Assembly (NCBI GenBank): GCA_964610325.1
Contig: CAZSVO010000002.1
Location: 204,475-268,474 of the forward strand
Source of the DNA: an uncultured Candidatus Izemoplasmatales bacterium
GTDB taxonomy: Bacteria > Bacillota_I > Bacilli_A > Izemoplasmatales > Hujiaoplasmataceae
DNA length: 64,000 nt
Direction of reading: 5' to 3'
Part shown: positions 1 through 9,044 of the stretch, piece after piece
Position numbering within the stretch: position 1 is the stretch's first letter
Layout of the letters: each line of letters starts with the position of its first letter
Notes under the pieces: model-generated
What the model was told of the DNA's origin: nothing
Databases searched by the model: none
The model's input: the letters and a program-made list of their open reading frames with translations, nothing else
Made by a program: the position numbers and the translations under genes

Positions 1-54
1 AATCAAAAGAATAAGAAAGAGAATGATGAATTAAATCCTTATGATATAGACAAG

Positions 55-519
55 ATGGCTAAAATCCCAGCGTCTTGGAAAATTTCATTTATGAAATTTT
101 GGCTTGCTGGAGCTTGTTTCCTTTTAGCTTTTTATGGGCTTGGAGTGAATTTTTCTTTTTTGGATAGGGTGGTAGTCTTTGGTTTGCTACTGATTTTAGG
201 GATTGAGTATATTACGAATACAATAATCATATGGATGAATCGACCTGAATCAAATACTTTAAAACATCTTCCTCATGAAGTTAATCGAAAATCTGTTCTA
301 AGTTTTTTTGCTACGGCATTATACGTTTTAGTAATGATTTCAAGCATTCACTATTTCATAATTTTTTGGACATGGTTAGGTTTCAAAACAATGGGAGAGG
401 TTGTTTCAGAAGCTACAGCAGACCCAATAACATTTGGATTTTTGTTTCTTATTTTTGATTATATTTGGATTTCTGTTAGAAAGTTCATCAAGAATAGAAA
501 GGTCAAGATAAAACAGTGA
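55..519 (+). CDS. Polytopic membrane protein of unknown function; reading frame is open to the window start, so it may be 5'-partial
   Basis: 154-aa ORF with about 4 hydrophobic helices. No stop codon in-frame between nt 1 and 54. Stop overlaps the GTG start of the GH28 gene. Confidence 0.45.
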   Translation: MAKIPASWKISFMKFWLAGACFLLAFYGLGVNFSFLDRVVVFGLLLILGIEYITNTIIIWMNRPESNTLKHLPHEVNRKSVLSFFATALYVLVMISSIHYFIIFWTWLGFKTMGEVVSEATADPITFGFLFLIFDYIWISVRKFIKNRKVKIKQ

Positions 520-2045
520 TAAAGATATTATTTGTTTCTTCAAGAAGTGCTAGTTTTGAGTTGAATAATGATGACATCTATTATGCAAAATCAGCATATA
601 ATGTTTTTCTAAATGAAAAAGAGGTTCTTTCTTGTGTTAAGAAAAACGTCTTTTCTATTTATAATTTACAACCAAGAACAAACTATTTACTAAGAATCAA
701 TGATTATGTTTTAGAATTTCTAACAGAAGAAGAAAGTTCAACACTTAGAGTTAAAGACTTTGGAGCATATGGAGATGGAACTAACGATGATACTCTATCA
801 ATTCAAAAGACAATTCTTGCTTGTCCATCGCAAGGAAGAATTCTTTTTGATAAAGGAACCTATCTTGTTGGACCCTTATTTCTAAAAGATAACATAACTA
901 TAGAAATCCCTGAAGGTACTACACTTCTTGGTATTACTGATAGAGAAAAATATCCGATTTTACCTGCACAAATAGTTTGTGATGAAGAGGTCATCGAGTT
1001 ATCTAGTTGGGAAGGAATGCCTAATCCGACATATTCAAGCATTATAACGGGTCTTTTTTCTGAGAATGTCAATATTATTGGCAAAGGAATTATTGATGAA
1101 AATGCACAAAATAGCTTATGGTGGATAAATCACAAAGAGAAATTCAATGGAGCTTATCGAGCAAAAGGAGTTTTTCTTAGTCATTGCAAAAATATAACTC
1201 TTCAAGGAATTATTGTTAAGAATACGCCTTCATGGAATATTCATCCTTATTTTTCTGAAAGGATAAAGTTAATAGATGTATTACTATTTAGCCCAAAAGA
1301 TTCACCTAATACAGATGGTTGCAATCCAGAATCTTCTAGAGATATTGAGATAATTGGTGTTGATTTTTCGGTTGGAGATGATTGCATTGCGATTAAAAGC
1401 GGAAAGTATGAAATGGGTATGAAATATCGTAAACCTTCAGAAAACATCACAATCAGAAATTGTCATATGGCATATGGGCATGGTGCAATTGTATTAGGAA
1501 GTGAAATGAGTGGAGGGGTAAGGAATTTAGATGTCAGTAGATGTTTATTTGAATCAACAGATCGAGGTCTAAGAATCAAAACCAGAAGAGGTAGAGGTGA
1601 ATCAGGAATTATTACAGATATCAAATTTGAAAAAATTTATATGAATCATGTGAAGAATCCTTTTGTGATAAATATGTTCTATTTTTGTGATGATGACGGA
1701 AAAACAGAATATGTTTATACTAAGGAAGCTTTAAAAATAGATGAAAGAACTCCTTATTTAGGAAACTTTGTATTTAAAGATATAATATGTGAAAATGTTC
1801 ATCAATCCGCTGGATTTTTCTATGGTTTACCAGAGCAACCCATTGAATCAATAACTTTTGACAATATAAAGATTAGATATGCAGATGAGATAGAAGCAGG
1901 ATATCCGGCAATGATGTCATATGTTGACAAAATGAGCAGATTTGGTATTTTTTCAAAGAATGTTAATAATTTGATTATTAAAAAACTAGATATACTAGGC
2001 TCCTTAGGCGATGATATAGATTCGGATATTAAGAAATTAAACTGA
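516..2045 (+). CDS. Glycoside hydrolase family 28 (exo-polygalacturonase / pectinase)
   Basis: All four GH28 signature motifs present in order: NTDG (SPNTDGCNP), G/QDD (GDDCIAIKSG), GHG (AYGHGAIVLGSE), RIK (RGLRIKT). Right-handed beta-helix-like repeats. Confidence 0.85.
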   Translation: MIKILFVSSRSASFELNNDDIYYAKSAYNVFLNEKEVLSCVKKNVFSIYNLQPRTNYLLRINDYVLEFLTEEESSTLRVKDFGAYGDGTNDDTLSIQKTILACPSQGRILFDKGTYLVGPLFLKDNITIEIPEGTTLLGITDREKYPILPAQIVCDEEVIELSSWEGMPNPTYSSIITGLFSENVNIIGKGIIDENAQNSLWWINHKEKFNGAYRAKGVFLSHCKNITLQGIIVKNTPSWNIHPYFSERIKLIDVLLFSPKDSPNTDGCNPESSRDIEIIGVDFSVGDDCIAIKSGKYEMGMKYRKPSENITIRNCHMAYGHGAIVLGSEMSGGVRNLDVSRCLFESTDRGLRIKTRRGRGESGIITDIKFEKIYMNHVKNPFVINMFYFCDDDGKTEYVYTKEALKIDERTPYLGNFVFKDIICENVHQSAGFFYGLPEQPIESITFDNIKIRYADEIEAGYPAMMSYVDKMSRFGIFSKNVNNLIIKKLDILGSLGDDIDSDIKKLN

Positions 2046-2054
2046 GGTTTTATT

Positions 2055-2696
2055 ATGGATGAAAGAAAAGTAATAAATGAGATTATAGATCGTGGGATTG
2101 TAGCTGTAGTAAGAGCTAGTAGCCACGAAAAAGCAGAAAGTATTATTGATGCCTGTATTAAAGGGGGAATAAGTGTAATAGAAATCACTTTTACTGTGCC
2201 TAATGTCGAAAGTCTAATCGAGAAAATAGTTAAAAAATATCGCGAAAATGATATACTAATAGGTGCTGGAACAGTAACTGATTTTACACAATGCAAAAAT
2301 GCATTTCTCTCTGGAGCAGAGTTTATTGTAGGACCTGGATTTGACCAAGATGTTTTGGATTGTTGTACTAATAATAATGTTGTTTACATACCTGGGTGTA
2401 TGACGATAACTGAAATTATGTCAGCCACTAAAAAAGGTTGTGAATTAATTAAATTATTTCCGGGGTCATTATTTGGACCGGAGTTTATTAAAGCAGTAAA
2501 AGGGCCATTACCGGATATAAAGATTATGCCAACAGGTGGAGTCGATCTTGAAAATATTGAAGAATGGATTAATAGTGGAGCTGTTGCTTTGGGGATAGGT
2601 TCTCAGTTGACTTATCCATCAAAATCAAATGATTATGATAAAATAGAATCAATTGCAAAAGAGTTTATAGAAAAGTTCAAAAAGTTTAGGAAATAG
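2055..2696 (+). CDS. eda: 2-dehydro-3-deoxy-phosphogluconate (KDPG) / KHG aldolase
   Basis: 213 aa. Eda-family motifs (GAGTV, KLFP, PTGGV). Lies between GH28 and kdgK. Confidence 0.85.
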   Translation: MDERKVINEIIDRGIVAVVRASSHEKAESIIDACIKGGISVIEITFTVPNVESLIEKIVKKYRENDILIGAGTVTDFTQCKNAFLSGAEFIVGPGFDQDVLDCCTNNNVVYIPGCMTITEIMSATKKGCELIKLFPGSLFGPEFIKAVKGPLPDIKIMPTGGVDLENIEEWINSGAVALGIGSQLTYPSKSNDYDKIESIAKEFIEKFKKFRK

Positions 2697-2711
2697 CCAG
2701 GGGGGGAAACA

Positions 2712-3734
2712 ATGGCAAAGATTGTTACTATGGGAGAAATCATGTTAAGGCTTTCTCCACCAAACAATTTGCGTTTTATACAAACTGATAGTTTTGATGT
2801 TGTTTATGGAGGTGGAGAGGCTAATGTAGCATCGAGTCTTGCCTGCTATGGACATGAAGTCTATTTTGTATCAAAACTTCCAGATAATGAAATAGGGCAA
2901 GCAGCAATTAATAAATTAAGACAGTTTGGTGTTCATACTGAATATGTCAAAAGAGGCGGTAATAGAATTGGAGTTTATTTCCTGGAAACAGGATCTGCTA
3001 TGCGAGCATCAAAAGTTATCTATGATCGATCAGCAAGTGCAATTTCTGAAGCTAAACCGGAAGAATTCATGCTGGATGAGATTTTTAAAGGCAAGGAATG
3101 GTTTCATTTTTCTGGAATTACTCCAGCTTTAAGCGATAAAGCAGCAGAACTTACCAAGCAAGCTTTAATTGCGGCTAAAAGTCATGGGCTGACTGTTTCA
3201 GTAGATCTAAATTATCGAAAAAAGCTTTGGTCAGAAGAAAAAGCACAAGAGATTATGAAACCATTAATGAAATATGTTGATATTTGTATAGGAAATGAAG
3301 AAGATGCATCACTGGTTTTAGGCTATAAGTTATCAAAGACTAATATCGATGAGGGTAAACTTACCAGAACCGATTATGAATCAATCCTTAGGAAGATGCA
3401 TGATGACTTTAGTTTTAAGTATGTTATTTCAACATTGAGAGAATCATTTTCTGCTAGTAAAAATGGGTGGAGTGCATTGATGTATGACGGTAAGAATTAT
3501 TATGAATCAATTAAGTTCATGATTGAACCTATTATTGACAGAGTTGGTGGTGGAGATTCTTTTAGTGCAGGAATTATTCATGGATTACTTAATTTCAATT
3601 CTCAAAAAGCGATTGATTTTGCTGCTTCAGCAAGCGCACTAAAACATACAATATTTGGTGATCAAAACTATGTTTCTGAAGCAGAAGTTCTAAAACTAGT
3701 TGAAGGAAATAGTTCAGGGAGAGTGGAAAGATGA
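2712..3734 (+). CDS. kdgK: 2-dehydro-3-deoxygluconokinase (PfkB family)
   Basis: N-terminal GG motif (YGGGEANVA) and C-terminal GGGDSF anion-hole motif of PfkB kinases. Context eda-kdgK-kduI-kduD. RBS GGGGGG 6 nt upstream. Confidence 0.8.
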   Translation: MAKIVTMGEIMLRLSPPNNLRFIQTDSFDVVYGGGEANVASSLACYGHEVYFVSKLPDNEIGQAAINKLRQFGVHTEYVKRGGNRIGVYFLETGSAMRASKVIYDRSASAISEAKPEEFMLDEIFKGKEWFHFSGITPALSDKAAELTKQALIAAKSHGLTVSVDLNYRKKLWSEEKAQEIMKPLMKYVDICIGNEEDASLVLGYKLSKTNIDEGKLTRTDYESILRKMHDDFSFKYVISTLRESFSASKNGWSALMYDGKNYYESIKFMIEPIIDRVGGGDSFSAGIIHGLLNFNSQKAIDFAASASALKHTIFGDQNYVSEAEVLKLVEGNSSGRVER

Positions 3735-4441
3735 AAGAAAATAGAACTGTAAATAGAGTATTAGCAATACTAGAATTAATAGCAAAATATGATGAAGGTT
3801 TAACTTTAGGACAGATATATCGAGAATTAGATATTCCGAAAGCAACCGCTTATGATTTTCTTCAAACACTTTATAAGGCAGATGCGATATATTATAAGGA
3901 TCCTAGACTGAAAAATTATGTGATTGGGTCCAAAATGTTTGCTATTGGATCGGTTTATGCTAAAAATTCTAATCTTATTGAAGCTGCACAGTATGACCTA
4001 AAGCAATATGCAGATAAACATGGTAGAACGGTCTTTATTACCAAAAGAATTAACGATAAAATTGTCTATGTATACAAATATCAACCTAGTAATTCTAAAG
4101 TGATTACTCCACAAGAAATTGGTAGTGTTACTAGAGATTTTAAGGAAGACATAATTGGAAAGTGTTTCTCTGTTTTTGACAAAAAAGTTAGAGATACTTC
4201 GATTGCAAATTTTGAAAATATTAGGAAAAATAGATTTATCTTGAGCAATAATCAAGAAGCAACTCATATCTGTACAGTTGCTGTACCTGTGTGGAATTTT
4301 GAAAATCGCGTCTGCGGAGTGTTAGTAGCATCAGCTTTGCAAGAAGAGAATACAAACAGAGAGTTGATTACGAATGAGTTAGTTGATATCTCTGAACAAA
4401 TCTCAAGAAAACTAGGTTATTTAGGCGATTTTAATGATTAA
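3731..4441 (+). CDS. IclR-family transcriptional regulator (KdgR-like)
   Basis: N-terminal wHTH typical of IclR (VNRVLAILELIA...LTLGQIYRELDIPKATAYDFLQTL) plus a C-terminal effector domain. Start overlaps the kdgK stop. Confidence 0.8.
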   Translation: MKENRTVNRVLAILELIAKYDEGLTLGQIYRELDIPKATAYDFLQTLYKADAIYYKDPRLKNYVIGSKMFAIGSVYAKNSNLIEAAQYDLKQYADKHGRTVFITKRINDKIVYVYKYQPSNSKVITPQEIGSVTRDFKEDIIGKCFSVFDKKVRDTSIANFENIRKNRFILSNNQEATHICTVAVPVWNFENRVCGVLVASALQEENTNRELITNELVDISEQISRKLGYLGDFND

Positions 4442-5243
4442 AATCGGTATTAGAGCTCATGATATCGGAAAGATGGATGCATATAGTCTAGCTGAAAAAG
4501 TTAAGAGTTATGGATTTTCAGGAGTACAATTAGTTTTAAAAAAAGCTTTGATAGAGTACTCAGATTTGGATATTATCAAAGATGCATTCAAAAATCTTGA
4601 AATCATGCTATTGGGCGCTTATTTTAACCCAGTTCATCCTAATGAAGATATCGTTAATGAAGGAATAAAAAACTTCGAAGAACACATAAAAATTGCTTCA
4701 AAATTGAACGTGAAATATGTAGGTAGTGAAACGGGATCTTTAATGGGCTCTTTGTGGGGGTATGTAGAAGAAAACCATTCTCAAGAGTCATTAGCTAGAG
4801 TAATTGAGATTTTTTATGGTTTAGTAAATCTTGCGAAAGAATATAATGTTAAAGTAGCAATAGAAGGAGCTTATGCTCATGTGGCTTTTTCACCGGAAAG
4901 AGTTAAAGAAGTAATAGATGCTATAGACTCAGATAACTTGAAAGTAACAGTGGACTTGTTTAATTTCTTAAACATGAATAATTACTCTAATCACATAGAG
5001 ATATTAAATCGTTGTTTTGATTTGTTTAAAGATAAGATTGCTGTATTTCATTTGAAGGATTTTATTGTAGTTAATGGTAAACTGATTCAAGTGGGTTTAG
5101 GGAAAGGTTTGATGGATTATCCAAGAATAATCAATAGAATAAAAGCAAAGACACCAAACACATTTTTAATTTTTGAAGGTGTTATTAATGAAGACATTAT
5201 TGACAGTTTAGAGTACATAAATAGTTTGTTAGAAAAGAGGTAA
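4434..5243 (+). CDS. Sugar phosphate isomerase/epimerase (xylose-isomerase-like TIM barrel)
   Basis: 269 aa. Pattern consistent with AP-endonuclease-2 / TIM-barrel isomerase family. Translationally coupled inside the kdu operon. Confidence 0.5.
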   Translation: MIKIGIRAHDIGKMDAYSLAEKVKSYGFSGVQLVLKKALIEYSDLDIIKDAFKNLEIMLLGAYFNPVHPNEDIVNEGIKNFEEHIKIASKLNVKYVGSETGSLMGSLWGYVEENHSQESLARVIEIFYGLVNLAKEYNVKVAIEGAYAHVAFSPERVKEVIDAIDSDNLKVTVDLFNFLNMNNYSNHIEILNRCFDLFKDKIAVFHLKDFIVVNGKLIQVGLGKGLMDYPRIINRIKAKTPNTFLIFEGVINEDIIDSLEYINSLLEKR

Positions 5244-5247
5244 AGAT

Positions 5248-6084
5248 ATGAATTTAGATATTAGATATAATAATCATCCAGAAGATACAAAGAGTTATGA
5301 TACAACGACTTTGAGAAATCGATTTTTAATTGAGAATGTATTTGCAGATGACCAGATTTTATTGACTTATTCTCATCATGATAGAATTATTGCAGGAGGG
5401 ATCAAACCTGTAAAGTTAAGCCTAGAACTACCTGTAACGAAAGACTTAGGAACAAATTTCTTCTTAGAAAGAAGAGAAATGGGCATTATTAATATTGGAG
5501 GTTCAGGGAAAATTATTCTAGATGGAGTAACTTATGAAATGGCTAACCAAGATGGTTTGTACATAGGTGCGATGACTAAAGAAGTAATATTTTCATCAAA
5601 GGATATTTTAAATCCAGCAAAGTATTATATAAACAGTGCGCCAGCACATAAAACATACCCAACAACCCACATTCCTTTTGCTAATGCAAATCCAAAGGTA
5701 TGGGGGTCACCAAAAAATCTTAACCAAAGAACAATTTATCAATATATACACCCAGCTGTTTGTAAATCATGTCAGTTGGCGATGGGGATGACAATCCTTA
5801 ACCCAGGAAGCGCATGGAATACTATGTCTTGTCATACTCATGAACGAAGAATGGAAGTATATTTTTATTTTAACATGGAAAAGGAAACAAGGGTTTTTCA
5901 CCTTATGGGGCAGCCGCAAGAAACAAGACATTTGGTAATTAAAAACGAACAGGCAGTAATCTCACCGAGCTGGTCTATTCATTCTGGTGTAGGAACTTCA
6001 GATTATACATTCATATGGGGAATGTGTGGAGAGAACAAGACTTTTGATGATATGGATTTTGTAGAAATGGATGAATTAAGGTAG
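5248..6084 (+). CDS. kduI: 5-dehydro-4-deoxy-D-glucuronate isomerase
   Basis: 278 aa, near-colinear with E. coli KduI. Shared blocks include FLERRE.GIINIGG, NSAPAH.TYPT, WNTM.CHTHERRMEVYFYFNM, MGQPQETRH, EQAVISPSWSIHSGVGT and YTFIWGM.GEN. Conserved His/Glu metal ligands present. Confidence 0.95.
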   Translation: MNLDIRYNNHPEDTKSYDTTTLRNRFLIENVFADDQILLTYSHHDRIIAGGIKPVKLSLELPVTKDLGTNFFLERREMGIINIGGSGKIILDGVTYEMANQDGLYIGAMTKEVIFSSKDILNPAKYYINSAPAHKTYPTTHIPFANANPKVWGSPKNLNQRTIYQYIHPAVCKSCQLAMGMTILNPGSAWNTMSCHTHERRMEVYFYFNMEKETRVFHLMGQPQETRHLVIKNEQAVISPSWSIHSGVGTSDYTFIWGMCGENKTFDDMDFVEMDELR

Positions 6085-6092
6085 GTAAAATT

Positions 6093-6863
6093 ATGAATAT
6101 TTTAGATAAATTTAATCTTAAAGGAAAAGTAGCAATCGTTACAGGTGCCTCAACTGGGCTTGGTCAAGGGATGGCTATAGGTATGGCAGAAGCTGGTGCA
6201 AATGTCGTAGGTGTTGATTATGTGGAAATGACTGAAACTGGCCAAATAATCAATAGTTTTAACAAGGAGTTTTTTGGAATTGTAGAAAATCTAATTACTA
6301 TAAAACCCGAGGGATTAGAAGTTATTGTTGAAAGAGCAGTAGAAAGATTTGGACGAGTAGATATTTTGATAAATAACGCAGGAATAATTAGAAGAGAAGA
6401 TTCGATAGATTTCAGTGAAAAGAATTGGGATGATGTAATGAACATTAACATAAAAACAGTATTTTTCTTCTCTCAAGCAGTTGCAAAATTATTTGTAAAG
6501 CAAAATACTGGAGGTAAAATCATCAATATAGCCTCAATGTTGTCTTTTCAAGGAGGAATAAGAGTTCCATCTTATACCGCTTCTAAATCCGCAGTAAAAG
6601 GCATTACAATGCTTTTAGCGAATGAATGGGCTAAGTTTAACATTAATGTAAATGCTATTGCTCCAGGATATATGGCAACCAATAATACAGAGGCTTTGAG
6701 GAATGATCCTCAAAGATCAAAAGAAATATTAGATCGAATTCCAGCAGGGCGATGGGGATTGCCATCTGATTTAGCTGGTGCTGCAGTATTTTTAGCAAGT
6801 GATAACTCTAATTATATAAACGGTTATACTTTAGCAGTTGATGGCGGTTGGTTAGCTAGATAA
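6093..6863 (+). CDS. kduD: 2-dehydro-3-deoxy-D-gluconate 5-dehydrogenase (SDR)
   Basis: 256 aa. Near-identical block structure to E. coli KduD (GKVAIVTGASTGLGQGMA; INNAGIIRRED; GGKIINIASMLSFQGGIRVPSYTASKS; NAIAPGYMATNNT; RIPAGRWGLPSDL; VDGGWLAR). Confidence 0.95.
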   Translation: MNILDKFNLKGKVAIVTGASTGLGQGMAIGMAEAGANVVGVDYVEMTETGQIINSFNKEFFGIVENLITIKPEGLEVIVERAVERFGRVDILINNAGIIRREDSIDFSEKNWDDVMNINIKTVFFFSQAVAKLFVKQNTGGKIINIASMLSFQGGIRVPSYTASKSAVKGITMLLANEWAKFNINVNAIAPGYMATNNTEALRNDPQRSKEILDRIPAGRWGLPSDLAGAAVFLASDNSNYINGYTLAVDGGWLAR

Positions 6864-6868
6864 AAAAA

Positions 6869-6903
6869 TAACACTGAGGATTTAACTTCAGTGTTTTATT
6901 TTT
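6869..6903. terminator. Bidirectional rho-independent terminator between convergent kduD and the LarA-like gene
   Basis: Hairpin aacactgagg-atttaa-cttcagtgtt followed by TTATTTTT. Overlaps the stop of the minus-strand ORF. Confidence 0.6.
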
Positions 6904-8173
6904 CGAGAAATTTTAACTTATCAATCCATAAACCTAGAGCTGGATTAGGAATATAGAATACCTCTTTACCATTTTCAAGAATATTCCATCCGTATTTTAA
7001 ACGATTTGGATTATAGATTTTTACCATTTCATCATAGTCCGCAGAACAGAAATTGACAGATTCTATTTCTTCTTTAGTGATATTTTTGACGGCATAAGTA
7101 ATTTTAAAACGATTATCAGAGGAACTGTGAATCAAATGAGCAGCAACTCCCATATTCTCTTGAAGTTCAATGTTATTGTTAAATAGTTTCAATACATTGA
7201 GTCTTCCGCAATAGCCGTACTTTCTAATTAACTCATCTATTCTTTTATCTTCACCAAACTTTTTGACTCCAGGTGCAAGAACAATTAGTTCTCCGCCATC
7301 TTTAATAGCCATTCTAGTTCGGTAAATTGATTTATTCCCTAACCATGTGCTTTTAAACTCTTCTGGTTCTAAATAGACGACGCAGGTTTCAATTGGCTTT
7401 TCTAAAAAATCAATGTTCTTTTTTTGAGAAGCTTTAATTGCCAATTCCAAGGCGTTTCGATTAGGACCGATATATAGACCATGAGTTTTAATCTCTGCTT
7501 TTAAAGCTGTAGTTACAGTAAGAACAAACACTAAAGGGATTTTACTTAAGAAATTTGTCATTGCATAATCTAAAACTTTTCTTACAGGTGTATGATCTTT
7601 ACCCATCATTCTTTCCATTCCATAAACTGCACCAATCATATGACTTTGATTGATTGTTTGCTTGCCTCCACAACCAACAAGGATGTTTTTGGAGTGGTTT
7701 GACATACCGATAACCTCATGTGGGACAACTTGACCAATTGATAAAATCAAATCATAAGTTGAGTCGAGTAGAATTTTATTCACTTCACATGTTACTGGTC
7801 TATTCCATAAACCCTCAGTAATTTCGTTGACATACTCTTTAGGTACTACACCAACCTCCTCTATATCATTTCGCCAATCGTGATATAAAAAAACATCAAA
7901 AGGAATATCGCCATACATTTTCAAGCATTCTTCTTCTGTCATAGCATCATGAGTTCCTAAAGCTGGAAGAATATCAACTTCAATATTATTATTCTTACAG
8001 TAGTTATAGTAATAGTTAGTTATTAATCCCGCATTGGAATGATATCTTGTAAAATCAGGTGGAATAAGTAGTACTTTACTTAATTTGCGACTTATTATAG
8101 ATTGTTCCAAAGCTGAAAAAATTTCTTGATTGCTTAATCCTGCATCTGCAAGATTCTCAATAAATATATCCAT
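6896..8173 (-). CDS. LarA-like (DUF2088 / lactate-racemase superfamily) protein; candidate hydroxy-acid 2-epimerase (D-mannonate/D-gluconate, GntE-like)
   Basis: 425 aa, the typical LarA-homologue length. N-terminal block VLLIPPDFTRY resembles the hIIxxDxTR motif of the LarA N-terminal domain. Last gene of the uxaE-like/kinase/gnd/SDR operon. The family call is by memory of the motif, not by alignment. Confidence 0.4.
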   Translation of the reverse strand: MDIFIENLADAGLSNQEIFSALEQSIISRKLSKVLLIPPDFTRYHSNAGLITNYYYNYCKNNNIEVDILPALGTHDAMTEEECLKMYGDIPFDVFLYHDWRNDIEEVGVVPKEYVNEITEGLWNRPVTCEVNKILLDSTYDLILSIGQVVPHEVIGMSNHSKNILVGCGGKQTINQSHMIGAVYGMERMMGKDHTPVRKVLDYAMTNFLSKIPLVFVLTVTTALKAEIKTHGLYIGPNRNALELAIKASQKKNIDFLEKPIETCVVYLEPEEFKSTWLGNKSIYRTRMAIKDGGELIVLAPGVKKFGEDKRIDELIRKYGYCGRLNVLKLFNNNIELQENMGVAAHLIHSSSDNRFKITYAVKNITKEEIESVNFCSADYDEMVKIYNPNRLKYGWNILENGKEVFYIPNPALGLWIDKLKFLEK

Positions 8174-8176
8174 TAT

Positions 8177-9028
8177 CTAGACACCTGAGTAAGCAGAGAA
8201 TCCACCATCAACAGGAACAACTACACCGGTAACAAAGCTAGAAGCCTCATTATCTATGAGCCAAAGCATTGTTCCAATCAACTCCTCTGGTTCTCCATAA
8301 CGTCCCATCGGAGTGTTGTTAAGTATTTTTTCGGATCTTTTTGTTGGAGTTCCATCAGGATTCCATAAGAGACTTCTGTTTTGAGTGGTTGAAAAAAAGC
8401 CAGGAGCAATAGCGTTAACGCGAATTCCACTTTTTGCAAAATGCACAGCCAACCATTGAGTAAAATTTGATATGGCTGCTTTAGCTGCGCTATAAGCAGG
8501 AATTTTTGTTAATGGAGTAAAAGCGTTCATTGATGAAATATTAACTATTGAACATTCAGATTTTTTAATCATATCGATACCAAATTCTTGAGTTGGCAGT
8601 AAAGTGCCTTTGAAGTTAAGACCAAAAACAAAGTCAACCCCATCAGAATCCAAATCAAAAAAACTAATTTTTTCTGGATTTGTTAAGGTTTCATAGTTGA
8701 AAAACTCATCATCAGTTGTAGCTTTTGGACTGTTACCACCAGCGCAGTTAATCAATATATCTGTAGACCCAAGTTCTTCTTTAACAATTCTATGAGCTTC
8801 TTTTATGGAATCTTTGCTTAAGACATTTGCTTTAACTGGTATAGCAAAAAAACCTTCAGATTGAATTTCATCTGAAATCTTTTTTGCTTGGTCGTAAGAT
8901 AGGTCTAGTATTGCTACTTTAGCGTTGCATCGCGCAATTGCCTTAGCAAAATAACTACCAAGAACTCCACCACCTCCAGTAATTACAACAACTTTTTCGG
9001 TTAAATCTGGGTATTTCAATTTTTTCAT
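8177..9028 (-). CDS. SDR-family oxidoreductase, candidate fructuronate/mannonate oxidoreductase (UxuB-like)
   Basis: Rossmann motif VVVITGGGGVLG. SDR catalytic region SAAKAAISNFTQ. Start revised to MKKLKYPDL (ATG 9026-9028) because the longer track ORF would overlap gnd by 107 nt. Confidence 0.6.
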   Translation of the reverse strand: MKKLKYPDLTEKVVVITGGGGVLGSYFAKAIARCNAKVAILDLSYDQAKKISDEIQSEGFFAIPVKANVLSKDSIKEAHRIVKEELGSTDILINCAGGNSPKATTDDEFFNYETLTNPEKISFFDLDSDGVDFVFGLNFKGTLLPTQEFGIDMIKKSECSIVNISSMNAFTPLTKIPAYSAAKAAISNFTQWLAVHFAKSGIRVNAIAPGFFSTTQNRSLLWNPDGTPTKRSEKILNNTPMGRYGEPEELIGTMLWLIDNEASSFVTGVVVPVDGGFSAYSGV

Positions 9029-9044
9029 AATAAATAATCCCTTC

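Noticed and set aside
860-2296. Antisense ORFs (860-1084, 1247-1450, 1820-2296) inside GH28/eda
   Set aside because: Fully embedded in high-confidence coding genes on the opposite strand. Low-complexity or hydrophobic translations typical of AT-rich antisense frames. No RBS.
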